From NCBI RefSeq assembly GCF_001194135.2, contig NC_068993.1:36559374-36623373 (forward strand): a stretch of 64,000 bases of DNA, read 5' to 3'. Positions 23,178 through 35,401 of this stretch are shown in pieces (the stretch's first letter is position 1; the number at the start of each line of letters is the position of its first letter). The translations under genes were made by a program, and so were the position numbers. The notes beneath the pieces were generated by a model that did not search any database, was not told the DNA's origin, and saw nothing but the letters and a program-made list of their open reading frames with translations. The DNA is from Octopus bimaculoides (Eukaryota).

Positions 23178-24589
23178 ATTTATGGATTAGACAAGCTGCT
23201 TTGTAAACGACTCTTACATGACAAGTGATACTGTCTGGGTAGAGAGAGAGAGAGAGAGAGAGACTTCCTTTATACATAAATGTCTTCTCACAAATGAAAC
23301 ATGAGTCAGAGAAAGTTTTCAAATTGAAGAAAAGAAAATGAGAGAAAAAGAAAAAAAGAAAATACAATAAAGGGGAACAAATGAGATAATTTAATACAAA
23401 CCTAAGATCTAAATAATATTATATCATGTTTGTGTGTGTGCGCAATCACAAGTATTTTATGTTCACTTTCTTATCTTCAAAATCAACAGGATCCCAAAAA
23501 TCAAAGGACCATGTTACGCGCCATTATCTCAGTTTGGTATGGGTTCTACACCTACACACCCTTTCTAACATCAACCACAGTACATATATGTATGTATGTA
23601 TGTTCTTTTACTTGTTTCAGTCATTTGACTGTGGCCATGCTGGAGCACCGCCTTAAAGACTTTTTAGTCAAAGAAATTGATCCCAGAACTTATTCTTCCT
23701 AAGCCTAATACCTATTCTATTGGTCTCTTTTGTTGAACAAGGACATAACTGTCAAGCGATGGCAGAGGGCAAACACAGACACGTATAAATACATAAATAC
23801 GTATATCATCATCATCATCATCATCATATATATANNNNNNNNNNNNNNNNNNNNNNNNNNNNNNNNNNNNNNNNNNNNNNNNNNNNNNNNNNNNNNNNNN
23901 NNNNNNNNNNNNNNNNNNNNNNNNNNNNNNNNNNNNNNNNNNNNNNNNNNNNNNNNNNNNNNNNNNNNNNNNNNNNNNNNNNNNNNNNNNNNNNNNNNNN
24001 NNNNNNNNNNNNNNNNNNNNNNNNNNNNNNNNNNNNNNNNNNNNNNNNNNNNNNNNNNNNNNNNNNNNNNNNNNNNNNNNNNNNNNNNNNNNNNNNNNNN
24101 NNNNNNNNNNNNNNNNNNNNNNNNNNNNNNNNNNNNNNNNNNNNNNNNNNNNNNNNNNNNNNNNNNNNNNNNNNNNNNNNNNNNNNNNNNNNNNNNNNNN
24201 NNNNNNNNNNNNNNNNNNNNNNNNNNNNNNNNNNNNNNNNNNNNNNNNNNNNNNNNNNNNNNNNNNNNNNNNNNNNNNNNNNNNNNNNNNNNNNNNNNNN
24301 NNNNNNNNNNNNNNNNNNNNNNNNNNNNNNNNNNNNNNNNNNNNNNNNNNNNNNNNNNNNNNNNNNNNNNNNNNNNNNNNNNNNNNNNNNNNNNNNNNNN
24401 NNNNNNNNNNNNNNNNNNNNNNNNNNNNNNNNNNNNNNNNNNNNNNNNNNNNNNNNNNNNNNNNNNNNNNNNNNNNNNNNNNNNNNNNNNNNNNNNNNNN
24501 NNNNNNNNNNNNNNNNNNNNNNNGCTCTTTTACCGTTTTGCTTTTTATTTTTTACATTTCAGTTTCCATTTTCCATAGTTTACTGTCTG

Positions 24590-25338
24590 TGTTTTCAAGC
24601 ATCCCCTCCAATTGAACATGCTTTGGCTTTTCTCAGACGAGAAAAATTTCTGCCAGGATCAGATGGTGAAAACACAGAACAACTGTTGGCTTGCTGTGTC
24701 CCCAAGGCATGTACTGAGAGTGATAAAAATCTAACATCCAGTCCACATCATGGTGTTTGAAGTGATCACTAGTGATGGCGATGTTATGCCTCCATTCCCA
24801 CATGGCCTCAGAGTCAACACGGAGGCCTACATTAGTGTCTGGAGGAGGTAGTGCTGCCCTGGGTCAAGAGGGTAGCTGCTGGAAGACCCTATGTCTGGCA
24901 ACAGGACTCTGCACCATGCCACAAAAGCAGGAGAACCCAGTCATGGCTGTCAAACAATTTTTGCGACCACATCACCCCTAACATCTGGCCACCATCTCCC
25001 CGGCTGGAAACCCCCTTGACGATTATGTATGGGGCACAGTTGACTGAGAAAGACCGACAAAACTCCTTGTAACATGAAAGATGAATTGAAGGCAAGGATT
25101 ATGACAGTATTCACCAAGTAAGTTGGTGAACAAGGAGACCGTCCGGAAGAGTTGCAAAAGATCCCGAAGTTGTGTGGAGGCCAGGGTTGAAGCCAATGGT
25201 GATTTTATCGAATAAACTTACTCTTTAGTATTTCAAGATATTTTTATGTAATTTTAGTAAATACAACTGTTAAAATGAGATGTCAGTGTTATTTTCATTT
25301 TTGCGTAATTTAGACGACAATTTATTCACCACACCCTG
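24590..25338 (+). mobile_element. Tc1/mariner superfamily DD37D (maT-type) transposon relic with right TIR
   Basis: FSDEKNFCQDQ, IMVF-VITSDGDVMPP, WQQDSAPCHKSRRTQSWL…IWPP-SP--NPLDDYVWG. D-to-D spacing is about 37 once the frameshift is corrected. Ends in …CACCACACCCTG (reverse complement CAGGGTG). The left part is lost toward the 23835-24523 gap. Confidence 0.85.
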
Positions 25339-25569
25339 CATATATATCTATCTGTCTTTCTCTCTCTCTCTATTATATATATNNNNNNNNNNNNNNNNNN
25401 NNNNNNNNNNNNNNNNNNNNNNNNNNNNNNNNNNNNNNNNNNNNNNNNNNNNNNNNNNNNNNNNNNNNNNNNNNNNNNNNNNNNNNNNNNNNNNNNNNNN
25501 NNNNNNNNNNNNNNNNNNNNNNNNNNNNNNNNNNNNNNNNNNNNNNNNNNNNNNNNNNNNNNNNNNNNN

Positions 25570-25604
<35 letters not shown>

Positions 25605-26249
25605 CAGAAAGAGAGAGAGAGAGGACCGTTTGTGTGTATGAAAAGGACAAGTCATATGTGTATATAGTTAAACTCACTACAGAATTAAAACCCATTGACA
25701 GGGTTGTCATTGGCGGATGCCCTTCCTGTCAGAAAGTGAGAAGTGAAAACAGCTTTGATAAGGAATGAAACAAACTGATACATGCTGTGTGTCATGTACT
25801 TAGGCTCAGGCCACACAATAGTAACAGCAACTTTCTGCAGTTAGGTGTACAAAACAAAAGCTAACACACCTTAACCTTTGTACTTCCAGATGATATCAAA
25901 ATTATCAAATTAAATCTATTTCCATATTCTGCTTGAATCAAATCCCACAACCAGCTAATCTCATGTTAATACAATATCTTTATACAAGTATTGTATGCAG
26001 TAAAGTTTGATAGTTTGGCCATGTCTTCTCTCCATGCTCTCATATATCAAGGCAATCCAATAAAGAAGTTGGTATGTGATTGCTTAACTTGCCAATATTA
26101 GCAACTAAATAAATCTCTTTCCAATCTTCCCATACAATAAGTGCAAGCAGGGCTGTGTTGTTAAGAAGATGTAAAATGTTAGAGAACGAAACCTAGTTGC
26201 TTTTTGTGATACATACCAATACATATACCTAAAGTAAAACTTTTTCAGA

Positions 26250-26440
26250 AGCACAAAAACCTTATATGAACTTTGAGGGGCCAGATTATACTAATCCAAG
26301 TTTACAGCTCTGTCTCACCATTTATGCCATCCCTGGGGCTCTGGTATGACTGTGTAACAAATGAATTTAGTCCATGGGCAACAAAGTGCATGACCAAACC
26401 AACAGAGGTGTCTTTCAAGCTAGGGTTGTTGAAGGAAATC
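26250..26440 (-). mobile_element. Probable RTE-like LINE C-terminal remnant
   Basis: The minus frame reads RHLCWFGHALCCP…PEPQGW, reminiscent of RLRWFGHV…PxxGW. Confidence 0.45.
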
Positions 26441-26765
26441 AATCCAACAACAACAAACTTCAAATTAGACATGAAATCCAAAGCACAAACATAGAGGAGT
26501 CAGAAAAGACAAAAGATGGTGAAATACTTCCAGTTTGTGTAAGTCTACTGCTTGTATTGGTCATGTCTTGTCACTATACATTAAGATGCTTTGAGATGTT
26601 ATGAAATAGCAATCGAGTAAATAAAAATTTTTGTAGCTTGCTTCTTAACCCTGTGACATCAGTTTCAATCTTACTGTGTGGCACCTTGGGCAAGGATCTT
26701 CTATTAGCCCCATATCAACCAAAGCCCAGTGAGTAGAATTGAGAGATGAAAACTGGAAAAAGCCT

Positions 26766-26863
<98 letters not shown>

Positions 26864-27514
26864 ACATGACCGACCAGACTATCAGATGTTACACATCGCT
26901 GGTTACAATGCACTTGGCATTCTTTTAGCCTTTGAATGACACCACCCTGCTGGTTAAGCATGAAGTCCACTGCCCACTTTCTGTTCAAAAGGGGGACTGA
27001 AGCAACATGAAATGAAGTGTTTTGCTTAAGAACACAATGTGTCATCTGATCTGGGAATCGAACCCAAAATCTAGCCATCATGAGTGCAACTGCCTAACCA
27101 CTACTCCACACACGCACATGTGTGTACTCATCTTCACATGATCTGATGCTTGTATGATGAGCATCACCATTACACAAGTGATGTTGCTGTTTCTAATCTT
27201 CTGTGAAAACATGTCTGGCCATAAAGAAATATTAAAACTTGCTTAGAAATAGGTGAGGATTTACGACAGGAAGGGCATCGAGATGTAGAAAATTTTCCCC
27301 AACAAATTCTGTCTGACCCATGCAAGCATGGAAAAGTGAATGTTAAATCATGACAGTATGGCTACATTAATCTCCAGCTTACAACCAAAACTGGTTTTAA
27401 AGGTGACAAAATATGTGTGGCAGGACTAAAGAGTTTCGCCAGTCTTATATCAGAGTTTTTATTTAGAGTTGCCTATATCATGGATTGTGGCGTCACATCT
27501 TTTTTTTTTCTTTT

Positions 27515-27756
27515 TAACTTGTTTCAGTCATTAGGCTGCAGCCATACCAAAGCACTACCGTGAAGAATTTTTAGTTAAATGAACTGACCCCACTCCAACC
27601 TGCATCCCAGTACTTATTTTTGTTACATCTGGTACTTATTCTATCGATCTCTTTAGTCAAACTGCTAAGTTACAGGGGATGTAAATACACCAACACTGGT
27701 TGCCAAGTAATGGTGGTTGAGGGAACAGACACTGGTTCAAAGACACATACACAAAA

Positions 27757-27796
<40 letters not shown>

Positions 27797-28175
27797 GAGA
27801 ATTTACGTAAAAAACAACAGACGAGGACAGGTGGTGTAAACAACAAAAGGATGTATTAGTTTAATGCTCGGAAATAGAGAAAGTCTTTACCGTTTCGAGC
27901 TACGCTCTTCAACAGAAAGAAATAAGGNNNNNNNNNNNNNNNNNNNNNNNNNNNNNNNNNNNNNNNNNNNNNNNNNNNNNNNNNNNNNNNTATATATATA
28001 TATATATATACACACAACAGGCTTCTTTTAGTCGCCATCTACCAAATCCACTCACAAGGCTTTGGTTAGCCCGAGACTATAGTAGAAGGCACTTGCCCAA
28101 AATGCCATGCAGTGGGACTGAACCTGGAACCATGTGGTTGAGAAGCAAGCCTCTTACCACACAGCCATGCCTGCA
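27515..28175 (-). mobile_element. SINE family A split by an insertion in its internal (TA)n
   Basis: Tail at 27515-27760 and head at 28010-28175 in the same orientation. Confidence 0.8.
27795..27927 (-). mobile_element. Penelope-like terminal fragment nested in SINE A
   Basis: Near-identical to 1285-1430; runs into a gap at 27928. Confidence 0.55.
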
Positions 28176-28421
28176 CATACATCTGTTCATTTTTTGTGAT
28201 TTATAATTTTTGGGGTTTTATTTTTTACTTTATTTTAATTTCTTGAAGCAAGGTTATGGTTTTTATTTTGGGCTGGATCTTCATTCTATTGCCAATCGCT
28301 TTACACCACAGACTGGGGTGCTTTGTATTGTACTACTGGCACTAGAGACATTGTCTGCCAAGACTAAAATATACCCACATCTACTCTGTATGTTAGTGAA
28401 GATAAAAACAGAATAACTTAC

Positions 28422-29483
28422 CTGCTTGATTCTGATTTGGCCATATTGCCTCTTTTCCTGCACACGGACCAGGTTTGGACATATCAGTGTATACAGCCTC
28501 ATTCATTGCAACACAGTTATAAGGTTTGGCATCAACAAAGCTTTGATCAGTGCTTAATCTACCACGAGTTGTGTCTTGGGCGGGTCCTTCCATTGGTACA
28601 TAGAGGTCATCTGGGTTGTCTGGACTCACAGAATTTGAACCTAATGCAGGAGCATTTACGTAGCCATGTGAAGGCTGGTTGTCTCGAGAACCACATGGAG
28701 GGGGCGGGCATAAGTTCAAATTAAGATTTTCTCCATCGAGACTCGAGGTCTTGAGAGAATAGCTTTTGCTGTGACCACGAGGAGCAGGTCTTGGGGGTTG
28801 ACCACGAAGATTTACAGACGAAGAACCGTAAGATGTGTTGTAATAACATTTGCTGTTATACGGTATATTCTGATAAGCTTCTGAATTGGACATGTGCCTT
28901 TGTGGCCGTGCTGGCACCTTAGGGTCTAGGCTCGATGTTCTTAAGGGAGGGGTGTCATAGCACACACTCGGGTCTGACTTTCTCGGGGGGACATCATAAA
29001 AAACATCCTTCATATCTGAAGAAGATCTTTCAGAGGAAAATCTCTCCCGGGAAAATCCATTACGAGTAGCGAGAGGCACATCATACATCATTGAAGCCTC
29101 CCCATTGCTCCATGTCATGTTTCGACTTGGAGGGGTTTTGTAGATACCATCATCTTCCACAAAAGAATCACATGACCGTGGATGATCATAGTGCGCATCA
29201 GTGCTAGATTCCCCTGACATGTAGTTATTGTGTTTTGCTGGAGGTGGTGGGGGGGCCAGTTCATCGGGTATACTATCCACACTGGAACGGTGCCGCTCAC
29301 TTGATGTCTTTGATGTCTGTCCTGAGTGACATTGTGATATAAAAAGATAAGGGGAGTCCTGGTTGTTAGATGGTAAATTTGGTCCGGCTTGATACCTAGG
29401 TTGAGATGTTAATGGGTTTGATGTCTGTGATCGATGTGAGTCTACACGCATAGGTGGCTGTGGTGGACCGGGAATATCAGTGG
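28422..29483 (-). CDS. Gab (dos): Large internal exon (354 codons, phase 1-1) of a GRB2-associated binder (Gab)/Daughter-of-sevenless-like docking protein
   Basis: Only long, complex ORF in the window (28393..29553). On the minus strand a long polypyrimidine tract ends in CTTTCAG before 29483, and a G|GTAAGT donor follows 28422. The length of 1062 nt is divisible by 3. The protein has DSPYLFISQCHSG (resembles the Gab/Dos post-PH Y-x-x-L/I-x-x-C motif), 5 YxxP, 3 YxN, YVPM, YTDM and Pro-rich tracts. From memory, vertebrate GAB1 also has a phase-1 intron right after the PH exon. Orthology was not checked by search. Confidence 0.8.
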
Positions 29484-30009
29484 CTGAAAGCAGAACAAGA
29501 ATAGGAATATAATTATTAGCAGAAGAAATGAAGAGAAAATTCAAAGGAATCAAAAAAGAAAGGAAAGAAAGACAAAAAACAGTTGAAGAGAGAAAGAAAG
29601 AAAATTACAAGAAGTTGTTAAAACAATTTTAAAACCCAAGAGAAAAGCTAGATAAATATAAAAATTATTTAAATATATGAGCATTGGTCAAAAAATGCAC
29701 CAACACCACTGCCCACAATACTGATAGTGGTGAATTCAAATTCCTTGAATAAACCAAGAGTAAATGACAAGAAATCAACGTTGTGTATCCTTCATTGATA
29801 ATATCTTATAAACAGCATGACCTCCCAATTCTTCTCAGCAGTGCTGTCCTAAGTTATGAGGGCCTACTGGTCAGTTGCCGAGTATTCCCATTAGTTTAAG
29901 GTCTCATGTTATGCTTGTGTATTTAAGGAACAGTGCATTGCCTAGCCTGGGGATTGATAATGCTGTTGAGATGGTCCTACCTCTCACATGTTAAATCTTC
30001 CATTTTTTT

Positions 30010-30225
30010 AAACCTTTTGTTACCACATTTCTGTTGAAATACAACTTGTCTTTATTTCAATTAATTTTGAAAATAATGAAGAATTTAGTGAAGTAACTTT
30101 GTCTGGAACATAAATTAACATAGAACTTTCAAGGGAGGTTTTAATTTGGATCACTTTACGTCAAAAAGTTTTATCATAGCACAAAAGGCAGTCTTAGGCA
30201 GGTAAGTAACAGAATGGTTAATGGT
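30010..30225 (+). mobile_element. piggyBac-type MITE family F, degenerate
   Basis: AACCTTTTGTTACCACATTTCTGTTGAAATAC…ATGGTTAA; homologous to the outer element at 61331-61781. Confidence 0.65.
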
Positions 30226-30878
30226 TTAAAACCTTGGATAACTACTGCTACTATAGTGATAGCAGCAGTAATAGCAGAGGCAACAATAGTGAACCATTCA
30301 CGTGAAAAAATAGTTAAAAGCAAATTAAAGAATTCGAGAATCTTGTAAATAGGAAATAACAAGAAAATTGCAGCAAAGCTGTGTGAGATGTGACATGCGC
30401 ATTGTGTTTTTATTTTTCTCTTCTGTTTTATGAATCCAGTGTACACATGTGCATTGTGCTCATACTTTCCGGTTCCTACTCAAACCTGTTTACAAGTCTC
30501 AACCATCTCATGATCTTGCAGTTGTGAGAAGTGCTTTGCGCTCCACCGGTTGCGAAAAGAAGAGAAAGACAAATGGTGCAACCCATTCACCAACAAATAA
30601 CTAAAAAACATAAGAGAGATGAGTAGGCCATATGCTAAGAAAACAAGAGAGATATTTGATAAAACAAACTTTGGATTGGAACAGTGTAGGAAAAGGACAC
30701 AGAATGCATAATGTTTCCATGGCAAAGAGTAGCTGAAAATGACAGAGGTGATATGGAAATAAATAGAAAAGAAAGCATAGAGTAGAATGTGTCAGAAGAC
30801 AGTTGCAGAGAGTTCATATTCCTCTAAAAATCCAAAAAGACTAACATAATGTATGTATGATGTATATATATATATATA

Positions 30879-31059
30879 CAGTAATCCCTCAACTATCATG
30901 ATAGGTGAAAATCCTCGAAGTAGAAACAGTACTGTACAGTATATTTTTATTTATTATTTTTATAATTTGTATATATTTATTTTATTATAAATGCAAAATA
31001 ACACCACAGGAATTGATGTAAGCTTAAATACTAAACCACGATATGGCAAGGGATTACTG
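30879..31059. mobile_element. pogo/Tigger-type MITE (181 bp)
   Basis: TA|CAGTAATCCCT…AGGGATTACTG|TA: 11-bp perfect TIR and TA duplication. Confidence 0.85.
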
Positions 31060-31896
31060 TATGTATGTATATATATATATATATATNNNNNNNNNNNNNN
31101 NNNNNNNNNNNNNNNNNNNNNNNNNNNNNNNNNNNNNNNNNNNNNNNNNNNNNNNNNNNNNNNNNNNNNNNNNNNNNNNNNNNNNNATTAATTTTATTAC
31201 TAATTGACGATTCCCTGCCCTGCATATCTATATACAGATATATATATATATACAGATATATATATATATACAGATATTATATATATATATATATATATAT
31301 TTTATATATATATATATAGCTGCATATATGAATATATAAACATGCAAATATGGATATATATATACATACATATATAAATATACATACATACATAAACATA
31401 GATATATACATGATGAATATATACACTCACATGATTATATACATATTTGAGAACACATTTACAGGCGCGTGCGCGCATGTAAATGTATGTATAGTATAGT
31501 GTAACAAAAGAAAATAAATGGAATTTAAGAATCAAAACAACAAAAAGGGTATGTGTTGAACATAGACTGAGAGCAAAAGAGATAGACAGACAGACAGACA
31601 AGGCAGTCAAAATAAGGACTCACATAACAGAGGTGAATTGCTTGGTAATGTTTGGAGATTGCAGCCGAAAATGTTGGAAGCAATCAAAGTTATATCTTAA
31701 GTAGTACATTCCACCAATTACTAGCATCAATATCATCTCCCCGTCACTTGGTGACTAATATGAAGACTATAAGACTTGTGTCATTAGACACTAGCGTTTC
31801 TGTTTTGTTTCTTTCAGTTGTATTTAGAAACGGTATTTTTTTTTTTGGTTTGTTTATTTTTATCTCAATTGAATTAGTTTTATTTATATTTTATCA

Positions 31897-31927
<31 letters not shown>

Positions 31928-32883
31928 CATCATTATCATTATTATTACTTAATGCTGTCTCCAAGGATTTCACTCCTCAAATTCTTAAGAAAAGGTGGGG
32001 GTGGGAAATAACAGCCAATAAGAACTGAAGATAGAAAGAAAGTGACAGAGAATGGAAAGAAGGGAGAGAGAGAGAGAGAAAAGCAAAAAAAATTATGAGA
32101 CAGAATAGGATGGAATAAGGAGGAGGGGGGAAGCCCCCCCCCTCCCCGTAAACTGTTGAATATTGGAGGCAAGGAAGAAATAAAAGATTAGTCTGAGAGA
32201 GAAACGCATTATTAACCAAAACCAAAATTAAGTAAATAACAAAATGAAATGAAAATTAAGAGAGTGTTTTAGATGAGTTGTGAAATAGTTGGTAAAGAAA
32301 GACTTCATTTACCGTTGGCATTAAGGACTGGCCCTGAGTTCCATAATAAGTTTGGTGTGTTTGGGATCAAATACAGATGTCTTTGACAAGATGATCTTCC
32401 CCAGTAGGTTAGAATAAACATAAAAATGACCACCACTGGTGCCATGTGTACCAAAATTCCTAAACACACACCTTATACATTCTGACATTTTATTGGCTCA
32501 CATAGAAATATACAATAAGCTTTTCATTTCAGAAGAATTCTACAGAAGAAGAGGATCTAAACTAAATATGAATAAAATGGTAGTTGTTGTTGTTTAACAC
32601 CAGGATAGGCTGATTATGGAGATGTATGATCAAAATACATTCCAGCTGTAACCATCCTGTTTTTTTATATTCCAAGAAATACATTATCCAGTGATTCTTT
32701 TAAGATGACAAAGTATGCATTGGGAAAATTTTAGCTGTTATTTCTGGCAAGTCAAGCAATTACATAGAGGCTCTCACATCAGTTTATGACATATAGATTT
32801 TTAGTTCCAAGTCTATCTTGATCAGAAAGGTCTATGACTTAAACCATTACAGTGGCGACCATCATGCCTTATTAGGGAAGTGG

Positions 32884-33125
32884 AGGCATGTGGCTTAGTG
32901 GTTAGGGTGTTGGACTCATGATTGTAAGATTGTGGTTTCATTTCTTGGACTGGGCGACGCGTTGTGTTCTTGAGCAAAACACTTCATTTCAAATTGCGCC
33001 AGTCCACTTAGCTGGCAAAAATGAGTAATCCTGTGATTACAGCGTCCCATCCAGGTGGGGAACTTATATGCCATGAAAACCAGGAAACTGGCCCTGAAGA
33101 GTCAGCATGACTTGAGAAGGTAACT
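32884..33125 (+). mobile_element. SINE family C, full length
   Basis: GGAGGCATGTGGCTTAGTGGTTAGGGTG head and GTTGTGTTCTTGAGCAAAACACTT core; homologous to 62718-62955. Confidence 0.85.
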
Positions 33126-33859
33126 TTTTTTTACCTTTACCTTATTAGGGAAGACAACATTATCTCATGTATTCTTTTATTTAATAGGTATACTTGACTG
33201 CTATTTCTAGCAAGTCAAGCAACCACACAGACATTCCCTTGCTGACTCCACTGATAACATGTTTATACAAAAAAGTCCAGTCATTAACATATTTAAGCTT
33301 TAACTATAACAAAGAATGATGCTAACTTTCAGAGATGGGTACTGATATAGGTGTATGGTTAAGAAGTTCCATTCACAAATACATGGTTCCAGGTTCAATC
33401 TAATTGTGTGGCACCTTGAGCAAGTACCATATTTGATAGGATATTATGACCTCCATACCTTGAGGGTACGCCCTGGCACTTGGCACCTTTTATCTCTCTC
33501 TTCCTTACACTACCATCCCATATATGCTCTGATCTCCATTCCTTGTGAGTATACCTTGGCACTTTGCCACCATCTCTCTCCTACTCTCTCTTACACTCTT
33601 GCAGTCTCCCACTCTTTCTCTCTTTCCCTTGCTCTTCCCTCTGGTTGAGTAACTGTGTATTTCCTATACAGCAGAACACCTGTTTCTGAACTCACTCTTG
33701 TTAACTCTCTCTCTCTCTCTGGCCGAGTAACCATGTACCCCCTCTACAGCAAGACACCTGTTTCTGTCTTTCTGCTGCTCTCTAACCTTTCATCATCTGA
33801 CACAAGATCATCTCTTCCAATGCCCCCCCCCCTCCCACCTCTCAAAGGATCTTTGTCTT

Positions 33860-34175
33860 GCAAGTTACTTGGTGACCCTGCCAGTGCTGACGCCATGTAA
33901 AAAGCATCCAGTTCACACTGTAAATTGGTTGACATTTGGAGGGGCAACCAGCTGTAAAAAACATGCCAAAACTGACCTTGTCTGTGCTGGTGCCACGTAA
34001 AAAGCACTCAGTCCACTCTGTAGGGTGGTTGGTGTTAGGAAGGGCATCCAGTCATAAAATCCATGCCAAAACAGACACAGAAGTCTGGTGCAGTCTTCTA
34101 CCTGGCCAGTGCCTGTCAAACCATCTGACCCATACTAGCATGCAAGGCAGACATTAAACGATGATGATGATGAAA
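33860..34175 (+). mobile_element. RTE-LINE 3'UTR-derived fragment with (GAT)n tail
   Basis: Colinear with 51540-51760. Confidence 0.8.
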
Positions 34176-34261
34176 AGATGCATAGGTATATTAGATGCAC
34201 AGGTATATTAGATGCACCTCAATTTCGGAAGCAAATAGTCAGAAAATAAGTTTTATAATGC

Positions 34262-34490
34262 ATTAACCTTTTGGATATCAACCCATCTGAGACTGCCCCT
34301 GGTTCTGTGATGCAAATTCCCTGTTTTAAAGTAACCTAGAATAAAACCTTCCATCGAAATTTTTTGTGAATTTATGCTCCAAACACCAGGTTAAAAAAAA
34401 AGGCAAGTTATTTGATAATATTGTTTATTTTCAAAACTATATTTCAGCAGAAATATAGTAACAAAATTTATAGGAGTAAAAAGTGCATCT
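34262..34490 (-). mobile_element. piggyBac-type MITE family F, reverse orientation
   Basis: Starts TTAACCTTTTG; reverse-complement homology to 30010-30225. Confidence 0.6.
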
Positions 34491-34524
34491 TATATGTCAT
34501 TAGATATGGAGTTTACCATCTTCT

Positions 34525-34830
34525 GTTATCTTTTACTTGTTTCAATCATCTGACTGTGACCATGCCGGGGCACTGCCTTGAAGGGTTTTAGTCATGTGGT
34601 TGGGAAGCAAGCTTTTTACCACATATCCATGCCTACACCTATATATATATCTATATATATAGGCATAGGCCTGGTTGTGTGGTTAAGAAGTTTGCTTGAC
34701 AACCACATGGTTTCAAGTTCAGGGCCACTGCACAACACCTTGAGCAAGTGTCTTCTACTATAGCTTCAACCCAACCAAAAACATGTAAGTGGATTTGATA
34801 GGTAGAAACTGAAATAAACCTACTGTGTGT
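34525..34830. mobile_element. Two SINE A fragments head-to-head around (TA)n
   Basis: Minus copy at 34525-34647 and plus head at 34660-34830. Confidence 0.75.
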
Positions 34831-35326
34831 GTGTGTACACAAATGTACATAAGATTCACAAGTGTAAGTGTATACATAATTTATACTTTAAAAATCATGA
34901 CCATTTATGTTGAGCTAACCTTTCTTTCTATTCCGGTGTTGCGCCAAGTTAAAAAATAAAGAATTCCTGTGTGGTTCAGGAGTATTTTAGATTCTGCTGG
35001 TGGGCTAAGAGAGGAAACTAAATTGTTCAGATTATCTAATTGGATAAGACATTATTTCAACAGTCAAATTGATTCATGCACTCAGTGTAATCAGCAGTAT
35101 GGTTACCTGGCAAGCAACAGGTGTGTGGTTCAATTCCTGTGGTGGGATCTGTTCTTTCTTTTTAAGTCTAGGCCACACTTATAGATGTTATATGTGTATA
35201 CTTGCAAAGAATAAGCATTGGCAAGAAATTACTGACATATTGGTGTGCCAAACAAAACAATATCTTGTGGTATTTACTGTGCTTCAATTCAACAGACACT
35301 CCCTTGTCATTGCTGCAGTAAAGCAG

Positions 35327-35401
35327 TGATTGGTCCATTAGAAATTCATAAGCAATATTGATTGGTCTAATAATAAAAAAAGACCCATAACCAGTGATTG
35401 G
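35327..35401 (-). promoter_or_regulatory. Three tandem NF-Y-consensus CCAAT boxes (candidate promoter/enhancer)
   Basis: TGATTGGTC, TGATTGGTC and TGATTGGCT at 35327, 35359 and 35395 (spacing 32 and 36 bp) in apparently non-repetitive sequence. Confidence 0.35.

Noticed and set aside
26374-26604. Plus-strand ORF ending near a GTAAGT donor
   Set aside because: No acceptor or recognisable product; it overlaps an antisense LINE remnant.
29484-29553. Hydrophobic N-terminal 23 aa (MIPLNFLFISS…LVLLS) of the 386-aa ORF as a signal peptide or true start
   Set aside because: It is the translated polypyrimidine tract upstream of a clear 3' splice site.
30460-30560. CpG-containing patch just upstream of the big exon as an alternative coding first exon
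   Set aside because: No ATG-donor combination gives phase 1, and there is no clear acceptor.
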